Assembly (NCBI GenBank): GCA_964436255.1
Contig: CAYTBW010000001.1
Coordinates: forward strand, 87,163-146,010
From: an uncultured Candidatus Saccharibacteria bacterium
GTDB lineage: Bacteria > Patescibacteriota > Saccharimonadia > CAILAD01 > JADZBC01
Direction of reading: 5' to 3'
Length of the DNA: 58,848 nucleotides
The notes beneath the pieces are model-generated. The model searched no databases. It saw nothing but the letters and a program-made list of their open reading frames with translations, and had not been told where the DNA came from. The position numbers and the translations under genes were made by a program. Below, in pieces: positions 47,682 through 55,647 of the stretch (position 1 is its first letter; every line of letters starts with the position of its first letter).

Positions 47682-49888
47682 TATTCAAAACTATCTCCTG
47701 GCATAGGGGCGCCATGGTTTACTGTGAGAACTGGTCCGGCTGGTCCTGCTGGTGGTCTCCCAGGTCCTGCTGGTGGTGCTGGTGGAGTTCCGGGCCCTCC
47801 TGCTGGCGGAGTAGGTCCTGGTCCTGCTGGTGGTGCTGGTGGAGTTCCGGGCCCTCCTGCTGGCGGAGTAGGTCCTGGTCCTGCCGCATGAGCAGCACGA
47901 GCATCATTAATTTTTCTGACAACCTTGCCATAATCTGTGTCTGCCCCACTTGCATCAACAAGGGGCGCTGCAGCAACCGTAGATCCATAATCCCGATCGC
48001 CATTGGCGTCAGCGGCAGGCATCGGTATATAGCCGAGCTGCGCAGCTTTCTCGTTAATTGCCTTATAGTCTGGGAGCAAGCCTTTTGCTGCTCGTGATTC
48101 TTGCTTGTCAACTTCTTCGGAGAGCTTCTTTTTAAGAACTTTCTTTGCTGGTTCAGCGAGTTTACTGTTCCCTCGCGCTATGTCTCCAAGCTGGCCATCA
48201 TTAAGCCCCTTGGTCCATGATTCCTCCTCGTTCTTAATTCTTGCTTGAGCTCTACCAGTCCTCTTTAGCGCTTCTTTTTTACCCAAACTTGAGATTGGAC
48301 CAAGGGATGTGGGGATTCTGCCGCCAGATCTCTTGTCGATCTGGTCCTTCAGGCCGCCCTCTTTGCTCCATTTGTCTTTTGCAGCCGACTTCCCTTGCTT
48401 GGCTCCCCAACTGGCTAGCTTGCCACCTGTAGCAGCCATAAGTCCGCCACTCCACTTGAACGCCTTCGGAACCATCAAGAAACCAATGAACGGCACAAGC
48501 GCACCAATTATCTGAATAGTCGCGGCGTTGCTGCTAGATGTCATTACAGTGCCAATAAAGGCAGAACCAGAGGTTATGGCCATGATTATTGGATACATCA
48601 TGACGAGTTTTACAAGATTGGTCGACCATGTTTTGAATAACTTCTCGGTATTTGGGAGTACTTTTGCCGCAAATGCTAGGGGCGCTACTAGAACTAGAAC
48701 GTAAAGCCCCGCAAGTCGTATAGCTAGCACCGCCAACACTATAAGGATCGAAATGATAATGATAATAATCATTGTTATTGCAACGAACACTACAAGGGCT
48801 CCTGCTACAGCGGTTGCAGTTAATGTAGCTGCTGCCGCTGCCCCTCCTGCAGTACCGGCAGCGGCAGCACTCGATAACTGGAGAAAGAATGCAGAAATCG
48901 TTGCCCCAAGCACATTCCCGAGCTCTATGAATGCCCCAGTTATAAAGAATGCAAATTGCGACAAGATTATTGCAGCTACAAGCCTGGGCACCATTTTCTT
49001 TAGAGCATAGCTATCAAGCCCAATGGAAAGGCCGTTGGCGAAGATTATTATTAAAAATATAATCGCATAGAATGCATTTGCAATATTCAGCAGAGATTGG
49101 CTGGCATCTCGGAGGTCTTGATTATTTAGACTGTTAGTATTGATGTCCAACAGTTCTATTAGCCATTCGTTAAGTTGCTTCACCACGTCTATTAATGCCT
49201 CTTGTATAGGGCACAGTACAAAGCCAAGACCACCCTTGTCACACTTCTTGACCTCTACATACGAATCAAAACCAGATTTGTATGTAATGTTGCTGACAGA
49301 TCTTATTGGATCATCCCCTACATCACAAGATATCGCCTTGTCGCCCTTTGCGAACATCTCGATATTACAAATACCGCTGTCTTCAGGTGCTTTGTCGTGG
49401 TTGTCCTGGCCGCCGACATCATTATCTGAGACTCCTTGATCGGCAGTAATCGTTTTTGACTCTGCTATTGGCAGAGTGCTGACTACAACGGTCGAGTAGT
49501 CCCCAGAAGCTGAGTTTGGAAAATGTAGCCAGCCGTATGCATCGGTGGTCGCCCCATCATCAGGCCTGAATACGTCATGCTCTGCATTGGCTGATAGTTG
49601 TGGGTCAAACCAATAAGACTTCTCCCCTTCTTTTAAGTCGTTTGACTCATTTGCTATTGCGTTACGCCAACAAAAAACTTCTGCCGAGCTCCTGAATTCA
49701 CAGAAGAATTCAATGTCAGTAGGATTAACACTTCCGTCTGCCGTGACATTATCGTATTTAGTAGGAGTATTGGGGTTTGCTGCTAGAGCCGGACCCGCGG
49801 AAATTACAAAAAAAGCCATCGCAAAAATAGCGACAAGACCTGCCCGACTCATGAGGCGAATAATTGCAGATTTATTTAATCGAGGCAT
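47681..49888 (-). CDS. VirB6/TrbL-like polytopic T4SS channel protein with large ectodomain and Pro/Gly-rich repeat tail
   Basis: Start taken at MPRLNKS (49888). Signal/TM, about 270-aa ectodomain, at least 6 TM helices, Lys-rich then AGPGPTPPAGGPGTPPAPP x2 tail. Confidence 0.7.
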   Translation of the reverse strand: MPRLNKSAIIRLMSRAGLVAIFAMAFFVISAGPALAANPNTPTKYDNVTADGSVNPTDIEFFCEFRSSAEVFCWRNAIANESNDLKEGEKSYWFDPQLSANAEHDVFRPDDGATTDAYGWLHFPNSASGDYSTVVVSTLPIAESKTITADQGVSDNDVGGQDNHDKAPEDSGICNIEMFAKGDKAISCDVGDDPIRSVSNITYKSGFDSYVEVKKCDKGGLGFVLCPIQEALIDVVKQLNEWLIELLDINTNSLNNQDLRDASQSLLNIANAFYAIIFLIIIFANGLSIGLDSYALKKMVPRLVAAIILSQFAFFITGAFIELGNVLGATISAFFLQLSSAAAAGTAGGAAAAATLTATAVAGALVVFVAITMIIIIIISILIVLAVLAIRLAGLYVLVLVAPLAFAAKVLPNTEKLFKTWSTNLVKLVMMYPIIMAITSGSAFIGTVMTSSSNAATIQIIGALVPFIGFLMVPKAFKWSGGLMAATGGKLASWGAKQGKSAAKDKWSKEGGLKDQIDKRSGGRIPTSLGPISSLGKKEALKRTGRAQARIKNEEESWTKGLNDGQLGDIARGNSKLAEPAKKVLKKKLSEEVDKQESRAAKGLLPDYKAINEKAAQLGYIPMPAADANGDRDYGSTVAAAPLVDASGADTDYGKVVRKINDARAAHAAGPGPTPPAGGPGTPPAPPAGPGPTPPAGGPGTPPAPPAGPGRPPAGPAGPVLTVNHGAPMPGDSFE
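47763..47884. repeat. Perfect 57-bp tandem repeat (2.1 copies) inside the VirB6-like gene
   Basis: 47763-47819 and 47820-47876 are identical base for base, followed by an 8-nt partial third unit. Each unit encodes 19 aa of the Pro/Gly tail. Confidence 0.9.
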
Positions 49889-49953
49889 TATACAGTGATT
49901 ATAGTATAATAGCCCCAGTAAGGTACAGTGCATAAGCTTAATAATGGTTGATA
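49889..49953. promoter_or_regulatory. Divergent promoter region between the T4SS operon and the pilin array
   Basis: A minus-strand TATAAT (49903-49898) lies 9 nt upstream of the VirB6-like ATG. A plus-strand TATAAT (49905-49910) lies 43 nt upstream of the first pilin ATG. Confidence 0.35.
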
Positions 49954-50310
49954 ATGAAGATTAAAACACAGTTTGCAAAATTTACAGCAGCCGCCACTAT
50001 GGCTACTATCCTTCTTTCCCCCGGCGCTAGCAAGGCGGCCACAGTAGACAACTGTGGAACTTTCTTGCCATCGGAGTTATGTACAGACGACATCTATTCG
50101 CTACTTGGGACGATAGCAAATTACATGGTTGGTTTCTTCAGCCTACTGTTTGTACTCGTGATAGTTATAGCTGGAGCGCAAATGGCATCTGCAGGAGATA
50201 GTCCTGATAGGCTTAAGGCAGCAAAGAGCAGACTAATGAATGCCATTGTTGGGCTAGTGCTCTTACTGAGCTTTCGAGCGATAATTTATGTATTTGGGTT
50301 AACGGGCTAG
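49954..50310 (+). CDS. VirB2/TrbC-like T4SS pilin paralog 1
   Basis: Signal peptide (…LSPGASKAA), Cys pair (DNCGTFLPSELC), then hydrophobic helix - AGAQMASAGDSPDRLKAAK - hydrophobic helix. Confidence 0.7.
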   Translation: MKIKTQFAKFTAAATMATILLSPGASKAATVDNCGTFLPSELCTDDIYSLLGTIANYMVGFFSLLFVLVIVIAGAQMASAGDSPDRLKAAKSRLMNAIVGLVLLLSFRAIIYVFGLTG

Positions 50311-50317
50311 GAGGAAC

Positions 50318-50578
50318 ATGCAACTTTTTGACGGAACAGCTAAAGGGCTAGACGACATCGTGCCAACTATTACAAATGTAACTAACTTTGTCCTGGGCTT
50401 AGTGGGAGCATTGGCTGTTATATTCATTATCATAGGGGGCATTCAGCTTTCAATCTCGGCAGGTAACCCGCAGGGCCAGGAAAAGGCGAAGAAGACGATC
50501 ACAAATGCAATTGGTGGACTCATCCTTGCTATTTGCGCCGGGGTTATAGGCAACTTTGTTGTCGGCATTTTTAAGTAA
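50318..50578 (+). CDS. VirB2/TrbC-like T4SS pilin paralog 2 (no signal peptide)
   Basis: AGGAGG SD. Helix - GGIQLSISAGNPQGQEKAKK - helix architecture. 86 aa. Confidence 0.7.
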   Translation: MQLFDGTAKGLDDIVPTITNVTNFVLGLVGALAVIFIIIGGIQLSISAGNPQGQEKAKKTITNAIGGLILAICAGVIGNFVVGIFK

Positions 50579-50592
50579 TTATTCCCACCGCC

Positions 50593-50621
50593 TTTACGCC
50601 GTTAATAACTCGGCATATAAT
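50593..50621 (+). promoter_or_regulatory. Promoter for pilin paralog 3 (TTTACG-N17-TATAAT), probably leaderless
   Basis: -35 at 50593-50598 and -10 at 50616-50621. The ATG at 50630 is only 8 nt after the -10, with no SD. Confidence 0.4.
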
Positions 50622-50629
50622 CTGAACAT

Positions 50630-50986
50630 ATGATAAAAGCATTCACCAAAAAAATCAGCTTACTTCTACCTGCTATAGTCGCTTTCGCTAGTCCTCTTGT
50701 TGCAAAAGCCGCTGCACTACCAAACACTCTTGAAATCGACAGTTTAGATGGCACCCCAGATAATGCGGAGTCGATCATCCCGCTCATTACCAATACCTTA
50801 CTAACTATAGCGGGTATAATTTCTGTAATCATGATCATTGTAGGCGGCATTATGTACTCTCTGTCTGCCGGGGATTCCGGTAAGGCTACTAAGGCCAAGG
50901 ACACAATCCTCTACTCCGTAATCGGTCTTGTGATTACGATGCTTGCCTACGCAATCGTTACGTTCGTAACCGGCCTATTAGTTTAA
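50630..50986 (+). CDS. VirB2/TrbC-like T4SS pilin paralog 3
   Basis: Signal peptide (…ASPLVAKAA). Helix - GGIMYSLSAGDSGKATKAKDTILY - helix. Confidence 0.75.
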   Translation: MIKAFTKKISLLLPAIVAFASPLVAKAAALPNTLEIDSLDGTPDNAESIIPLITNTLLTIAGIISVIMIIVGGIMYSLSAGDSGKATKAKDTILYSVIGLVITMLAYAIVTFVTGLLV

Positions 50987-50998
50987 CAGCTCGAGTTA

Positions 50999-51027
50999 TT
51001 GTCAAACCAGGTGGACTCGTATACAAT
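50999..51027 (+). promoter_or_regulatory. Promoter for pilin paralogs 4-5 (TTGTCA-N17-TACAAT)
   Basis: -35 at 50999-51004 and -10 at 51022-51027, followed by AAGGAG SD (51044-51049) and the ATG at 51061. Confidence 0.5.
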
Positions 51028-51060
51028 CTAAGCATAATTGTTTAAGGAGAATTTATTAAA

Positions 51061-51414
51061 ATGGTAAAAGAAATCACCACGAAGGTCGGCCTAGGCTTAA
51101 CCGGAGTAATGCTATCAGCAGGAACCGTTCTTGCTGCAAACCCTGACGCCCAAGAAGGTATCAACGCTGCTCAGGGAAACCTTGAGACAACTAGCCTAAC
51201 AGATTCGATCGCCGGAATTACAAACCTAATGATTACTATCATTGGTATTGTATCTGTGATCATGCTTATCATCGGCGGCTTCCGCTACGTGCTCTCTGGT
51301 GGCGACCAAAAAGGTACTACGGCTGCTAAGGATACCATTCTGTACGCGATCATCGGTGTAGTAGTTGCACTCCTTTCCTACTCCATCATGAACTTCGTAA
51401 TCAACCAGCTCTAA
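51061..51414 (+). CDS. VirB2/TrbC-like T4SS pilin paralog 4
   Basis: Signal peptide (…GTVLAA). Helix - GGFRYVLSGGDQKGTTAAKDTILYA - helix. Has its own promoter and strong SD. Confidence 0.8.
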   Translation: MVKEITTKVGLGLTGVMLSAGTVLAANPDAQEGINAAQGNLETTSLTDSIAGITNLMITIIGIVSVIMLIIGGFRYVLSGGDQKGTTAAKDTILYAIIGVVVALLSYSIMNFVINQL

Positions 51415-51420
51415 AAAAAC

Positions 51421-51786
51421 ATGCAACTTACGCGAGTAACATCCGTAACGTCAGGTATCGCGCTCTTTGCAGCAGTAAATGCTCAGAGGGCGCTAGCTGC
51501 GTGTAGCCTTGATGGCGGTGCAGCAGCCGGCGCCGAGTGTGCCCAGGGCAGCTCTACCACTACTGATCTAATGGGGTCTATTGGCACAATTACTAACACG
51601 CTCATTGTGGCCATCGGTATTATCTCGGTCATTATGATTGTGATTGGTGGTTTGCGCTACGTATTATCTGGTGGCGACCAAAAGGGCACAACCGCGGCTA
51701 AGGACACAATTCTGTACGCAGTAATCGGCATGGTTGTAGCCTTGCTTGCCTATTCGATTGCCAACTTTGTAATTGGCATTGTTTAG
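51421..51786 (+). CDS. VirB2/TrbC-like T4SS pilin paralog 5
   Basis: Signal peptide (…AQRALAA), Cys pair (ACSLDGGAAAGAEC). Its core RYVLSGGDQKGTTAAKDTILYA is identical to paralog 4. Confidence 0.8.
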   Translation: MQLTRVTSVTSGIALFAAVNAQRALAACSLDGGAAAGAECAQGSSTTTDLMGSIGTITNTLIVAIGIISVIMIVIGGLRYVLSGGDQKGTTAAKDTILYAVIGMVVALLAYSIANFVIGIV

Positions 51787-51804
51787 CTCTTTTTAAACTC
51801 AGCT

Positions 51805-51835
51805 AAAAGCGCCCCGGTAAATTCGGGGCGCTTTT
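51805..51835 (+). terminator. Rho-independent terminator after the pilin array
   Basis: AAAAGCGCCCCG - 7-nt loop - CGGGGCGCTTTT, a perfect 12-bp stem with a T run. Confidence 0.8.
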
Positions 51836-51868
51836 AGATTTACGAAAGCGTAAGCCTACCATGGTAAA

Positions 51869-53215
51869 ATGTTAGTAATGGACTTACTAAGCCGGCACAA
51901 AGCCACCGTTATATCAATTACGATCTCCTTGGCCATTCTGGTCGGCCTCGCCCTGCTCATTCCCTCCGAACCGCAGAATGCCATATCCGTGGAAGGAATC
52001 GAAGAATCTGGTTCGCGGTTTGAATTTCCTACTGAGCCGATCACCCTTACCTACTGGCGCACCGTTGATGGCGTTGAGCCCTTTAGTGAGATAATTGCTG
52101 ACTACAAGAAGCTTCACCCTAATGTCACGATCAAACTTAGCAACTTAAAGGCTGCCGATTACGATAAGCAGCTAGCCGAAGCTGCAAAGGCCGGCAAGTT
52201 GCCAGATTTATACACGATAAAGGATGACTGGCTCCCCCGCTACGATGACTATAATGCCCCTGCTCCAAGTACGGTGTATACTGCCAATGAATTTGAGGAT
52301 ACCTTCGTGGACGTGGCGTCCAAAAAGTTAGTAGAAGGCGAGGTAGTGGACGGTTTGGCTTTTGGGGTATCTACCTTGGGCCTGTTTTACAACCAAGATC
52401 TATTGAGTAAGGCCGGCTATAAGAACCCGCCTAAAACCTGGGATGAGCTCATGAACATGAGTCGGAAGATAACCCAGCGTTCTGGCGCCGACATTACCCT
52501 GGCCGGAGCCGCGCTCGGAAATAGCTCTGTTACAGACTACACTTCGATCCTTTCTGTCCTCATGCAGCAAAACGGCGCCGTGATGACGAACAACCCCCCT
52601 ACTCAAGCGACGTTTAATAGGCCCGATGCAGCTGGCTATGCGTCGGGAGCTAAAGCAACCAACTTCTTCACAAGCTTTGCCCGAGAAAAGAGCGAGAACT
52701 ACGCGTGGAATAGCAAGTTGGGAAGCTCGCTCGATGCCTTCAAGGCCGGAAAGGCCGCAATGATAGTCGAGTATGCATACCGCGCGCCAGAAATCGATGC
52801 CGCAAGTCCAGAGCTTAAGTACAAGATGACATCCCTGCCACAGGTTGATACCGGCAACCCTATCAACCAGGCGGAATTTTGGGTCGAGCAAGTCAACAAG
52901 GATAGTAAGCAGTCAGAGGTGGCCTGGGACTTTCTAAGATTCGCCTCTACCCGCACTCAGTTGAACCGCTACAGCATTGCTACCTACCGCCCCGCGGCAC
53001 GTAAAGATCTTATCAATCTGCAGTCAGAGGACAAATACCTCGGTCCCTTTGCAGACCAGCTAAGCACAGCAAAAACTTGGTACAAGGGCAACAGCTATAA
53101 TGTTGATGGGATATTCTCTGACATGATAAGCGCTGTTTTGGCAGGCGGAGACTCGCAATCTGCAGTAGACACTGCAGCCACCCGTACCACCCAGGAGATT
53201 GTTACGAGTAAGTAG
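51869..53215 (+). CDS. ABC transporter extracellular solute-binding protein (family 1, sugar type), with no adjacent permease genes
   Basis: 448 aa, N-terminal anchor (ISITISLAILVGLALL). Its overall pattern is that of carbohydrate SBPs (…DLYTIKDDWLPRY…, …AMIVEYAYR…). Confidence 0.8.
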   Translation: MLVMDLLSRHKATVISITISLAILVGLALLIPSEPQNAISVEGIEESGSRFEFPTEPITLTYWRTVDGVEPFSEIIADYKKLHPNVTIKLSNLKAADYDKQLAEAAKAGKLPDLYTIKDDWLPRYDDYNAPAPSTVYTANEFEDTFVDVASKKLVEGEVVDGLAFGVSTLGLFYNQDLLSKAGYKNPPKTWDELMNMSRKITQRSGADITLAGAALGNSSVTDYTSILSVLMQQNGAVMTNNPPTQATFNRPDAAGYASGAKATNFFTSFAREKSENYAWNSKLGSSLDAFKAGKAAMIVEYAYRAPEIDAASPELKYKMTSLPQVDTGNPINQAEFWVEQVNKDSKQSEVAWDFLRFASTRTQLNRYSIATYRPAARKDLINLQSEDKYLGPFADQLSTAKTWYKGNSYNVDGIFSDMISAVLAGGDSQSAVDTAATRTTQEIVTSK

Positions 53216-53251
53216 TCTTTTCTACCGCTTCCCCACCTCGGATTCCTGCTT

Positions 53252-53340
53252 CTAACCCGACCTTGGAGCATCAGGTAGTGAGGAGCTCATGAACCAGAAC
53301 GGGTGAACCACGTCCAGGATATTCGAATGTCGCAGAAGGC
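53252..53340. repeat. Mosaic repeat, copy C (internally deleted; arms only)
   Basis: 53252-53286 is the exact reverse complement (35/35) of 28397-28431. 53312-53340 (TCCAGGATATTCGAATGTCGCAGAAGGCA) resembles the distal right arm of copy A (3289-3312). Confidence 0.7.
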
Positions 53341-53351
53341 AGGAGTGGCAG

Positions 53352-53382
53352 AATACAAAACGACCCACTTGTGTGGGTCGTT
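53352..53382 (-). terminator. Rho-independent terminator of the hsp20 gene
   Basis: Minus strand: AACGACCCAC - ACAA - GTGGGTCGTT followed by TTGTATT. Confidence 0.7.
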
Positions 53383-53404
53383 ACCGTTTCAGGATGCGAA
53401 TAGC

Positions 53405-53833
53405 CTAGAGACTAGCGCTAACTTTAATCTTCTTGACCTTATTCTGCGCTACTTTAGGAATTTCGATTGTGAGAACTCCGTCCTTCAAACTAGCGGCAGC
53501 CTTATCGGCAATCGTCGAGGTTGGTAAGATTACTGAGCGAGAGAATGATCCCCAGAAGCACTCTTGTACGTAGTAATGTTCCTTCTCGACTGCCCGTTCG
53601 TCTTTGCGGTCGCCACGAATGGTCACCACGTCTTCGGAGATAGCTACATCAATGTCGTCTGGCCGCACACCGGCGATAGGCGCCTTGATGACTACAGTCT
53701 CTTTGGTTTGGTATACATCTACTGCAAGTTGTCCTTCAAACTCGTTCTCGGCCATCCAGTCGTCTCCGGCTGCTTGGTCGTCTAGGAACTCTTCTTGCAA
53801 AATTTCTTCATCCACATCATTTTTTCGTGCCAT
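53405..53833 (-). CDS. Hsp20/alpha-crystallin family small heat-shock protein
   Basis: 142 aa. Alpha-crystallin core VDVYQTKETVVIKAPIAGVRPDDIDVAISEDVVTIRGDR ... DGVLTIEIPK. Confidence 0.9.
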   Translation of the reverse strand: MARKNDVDEEILQEEFLDDQAAGDDWMAENEFEGQLAVDVYQTKETVVIKAPIAGVRPDDIDVAISEDVVTIRGDRKDERAVEKEHYYVQECFWGSFSRSVILPTSTIADKAAASLKDGVLTIEIPKVAQNKVKKIKVSASL

Positions 53834-53897
53834 AAATTACTCCTTATCCTTGCTTAGCGCTGAGATTAACCTTATTATAGCCACGAATCAGGAGTAA

Positions 53898-54572
53898 TTG
53901 CAAACATTCATGTTACAGAAAATCATTGAAATCATTGCCCCTGCGGACTGCGTAGCGTGTCGTGTGCCCGGGATGAGCCTATGTGCTGGGTGCGCTCAAG
54001 CTAAGCTTGTGCGTAAAGTGTCGAGCTGTGTCTTTTGCAATCGACTTACGCCAGGCGGAAAAACGTGCAGCACGTGTGCCCGCAAGACTGCCCTGAGGGG
54101 AGCCTACATACTGTGGAGGTATGAAGACTATGCAAAGGAGCTCGTTAGGAGGCTAAAGTACGCTAACGATCGTAGCGTTGCTAAAACGCTCGCCACGTAT
54201 CTGGTCGAAGCCTTCGAGCTGTCCGACTACGAAGTTATTACTGCTGTGGCGAGCGATGGGCCGTCGCTGCGCAGCCGAGGATACAATCAGTCGGAACTGC
54301 TCGCCAAGGCATTGGCCAAGAAGACTGGCATTCCATGCTCCCCCGTCCTCCTGCGCGTTAAGCATGAAAAACAGGTGCGCCTAAATAGAGCGCAGCGGCT
54401 AAAGGCAGTGGAAGGCAACTTTGTTTGCTTTAAGCCTACCGTAGTGACTGGTAAGAAGGTACTTATAGTGGACGATGTGATTACGACCGGCGCAACCATG
54501 AATGAGTGCGCTAAAGTCCTTAAAGAAGCCGGTGCGAAACGAGTATGGGGAATAGCGGTCGCCAAGAAGTAA
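53898..54572 (+). CDS. comFC: ComF family phosphoribosyltransferase-like protein (ComFC)
   Basis: N-terminal Cys clusters (CVAC..CAGC, CVFC..CSTC) and the C-terminal PRTase motif VLIVDDVITTGAT. The start is uncertain (TTG at 53898 versus ATG at 53910). Confidence 0.8.
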   Translation: MQTFMLQKIIEIIAPADCVACRVPGMSLCAGCAQAKLVRKVSSCVFCNRLTPGGKTCSTCARKTALRGAYILWRYEDYAKELVRRLKYANDRSVAKTLATYLVEAFELSDYEVITAVASDGPSLRSRGYNQSELLAKALAKKTGIPCSPVLLRVKHEKQVRLNRAQRLKAVEGNFVCFKPTVVTGKKVLIVDDVITTGATMNECAKVLKEAGAKRVWGIAVAKK

Positions 54573-54608
54573 TAGAAAAAGCCCGAGACTAGCTCGGACT
54601 CTTTCTGT

Positions 54609-54700
<92 letters not shown>

Positions 54701-54754
54701 TCGTCCAGGGTAGGACAAAATATAGTTTACTTGATTGAACTCAAACGTTCTAGT

Positions 54755-55546
54755 CTAGGCCGTCTTGGCGTGACGCTTTTTGTTGGCTAGCTTAAGGCGA
54801 TGAACCTCCTGGGCGACTTCTTGGTGCGTGACGTCGTCAAAGTGGTCCTTCTCGAGCTCTCGCAGGGTGTCCCACATGCGCTTTGCTTCCTTGTGTGTTA
54901 GTGTGGCGAATTTAATGAGGATGGTCATGAGCATGCACAGGCCTGCACAAAGTATGGCTAGCATCATGCCGAAGAATATGGAGTCGCCAAAGTTTGTCAT
55001 TAGGGCGAAGTACAGGGTGATAGAGAACAGCACGCTGGCTACAAGCCACTCATGACTGTATACCTTGCTCGCCAAGAGGTTTGATATGTCGCTACGATGA
55101 TCTTGTGTCTTGGAGACCTCCCCGTAGATCTGATCGAGGATCTGCTGGTCGTCGCCTTTTGTATTCTTGAGCCAGTACAGGAGTTCATCGTAATATTCGT
55201 TGTCCGCCGAGATACTGTAGTTACCGATAATACTGTCTATGTAGGCCTTCAACTTAACTTTAAGGGTGTGGCGGGTTGATTCTTTGAGTAAATGCGCGTG
55301 CGTAAGTATGTCTAAAATGGTCATTTCCTCTTGGCGCGTTAGGGAGTTGAGTCCGGCCACGCGCGTCTTTTGTGCGCTTAGGAGAGGGCTGAAGTAGTAT
55401 CCAAACAGGAACGAGTTCACAGAGAATAGTGCGAGCTGGCCAGGGGTGATCGTTTGGCGGGGTATTAAGAATACTGCAACGGTGAAGAATATGAAGTATG
55501 CAGGGGCGAGTACTGATAGGCGGATTTTAAGTAAAGATTTAAGCAT
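54755..55546 (-). CDS. Hypothetical membrane protein
   Basis: 263-aa ORF with two N-terminal and two C-terminal TM helices around a soluble helical region. No family recognised. Confidence 0.55.
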   Translation of the reverse strand: MLKSLLKIRLSVLAPAYFIFFTVAVFLIPRQTITPGQLALFSVNSFLFGYYFSPLLSAQKTRVAGLNSLTRQEEMTILDILTHAHLLKESTRHTLKVKLKAYIDSIIGNYSISADNEYYDELLYWLKNTKGDDQQILDQIYGEVSKTQDHRSDISNLLASKVYSHEWLVASVLFSITLYFALMTNFGDSIFFGMMLAILCAGLCMLMTILIKFATLTHKEAKRMWDTLRELEKDHFDDVTHQEVAQEVHRLKLANKKRHAKTA

Positions 55547-55647
55547 AAGAGTATTAAAGTATGACTAGAGCCGCCAGGCAATTAGTGGGCTTGTCCCCAT
55601 GTGAACAAGCCTGTTGATAAGTTCGTCTAATTTTCGTATAAAACCTA

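Noticed and set aside
47714-48111. ORFs on both strands across the Pro/Gly repeat region (47714-48097 +, 47719-48111 -, 47658-47891 +).
   Set aside because: These are by-products of the GC-rich tandem repeat. They overlap the well-supported VirB6-like frame and have no start signals.
38030-51786. Interpreting the T4SS cluster as an integrative conjugative element or plasmid remnant.
   Set aside because: No relaxase, VirD4-type coupling protein, integrase, replication or partition genes, and no boundary repeats are seen. The flanks are core genes next to oriC. This cannot be excluded for regions outside the window.
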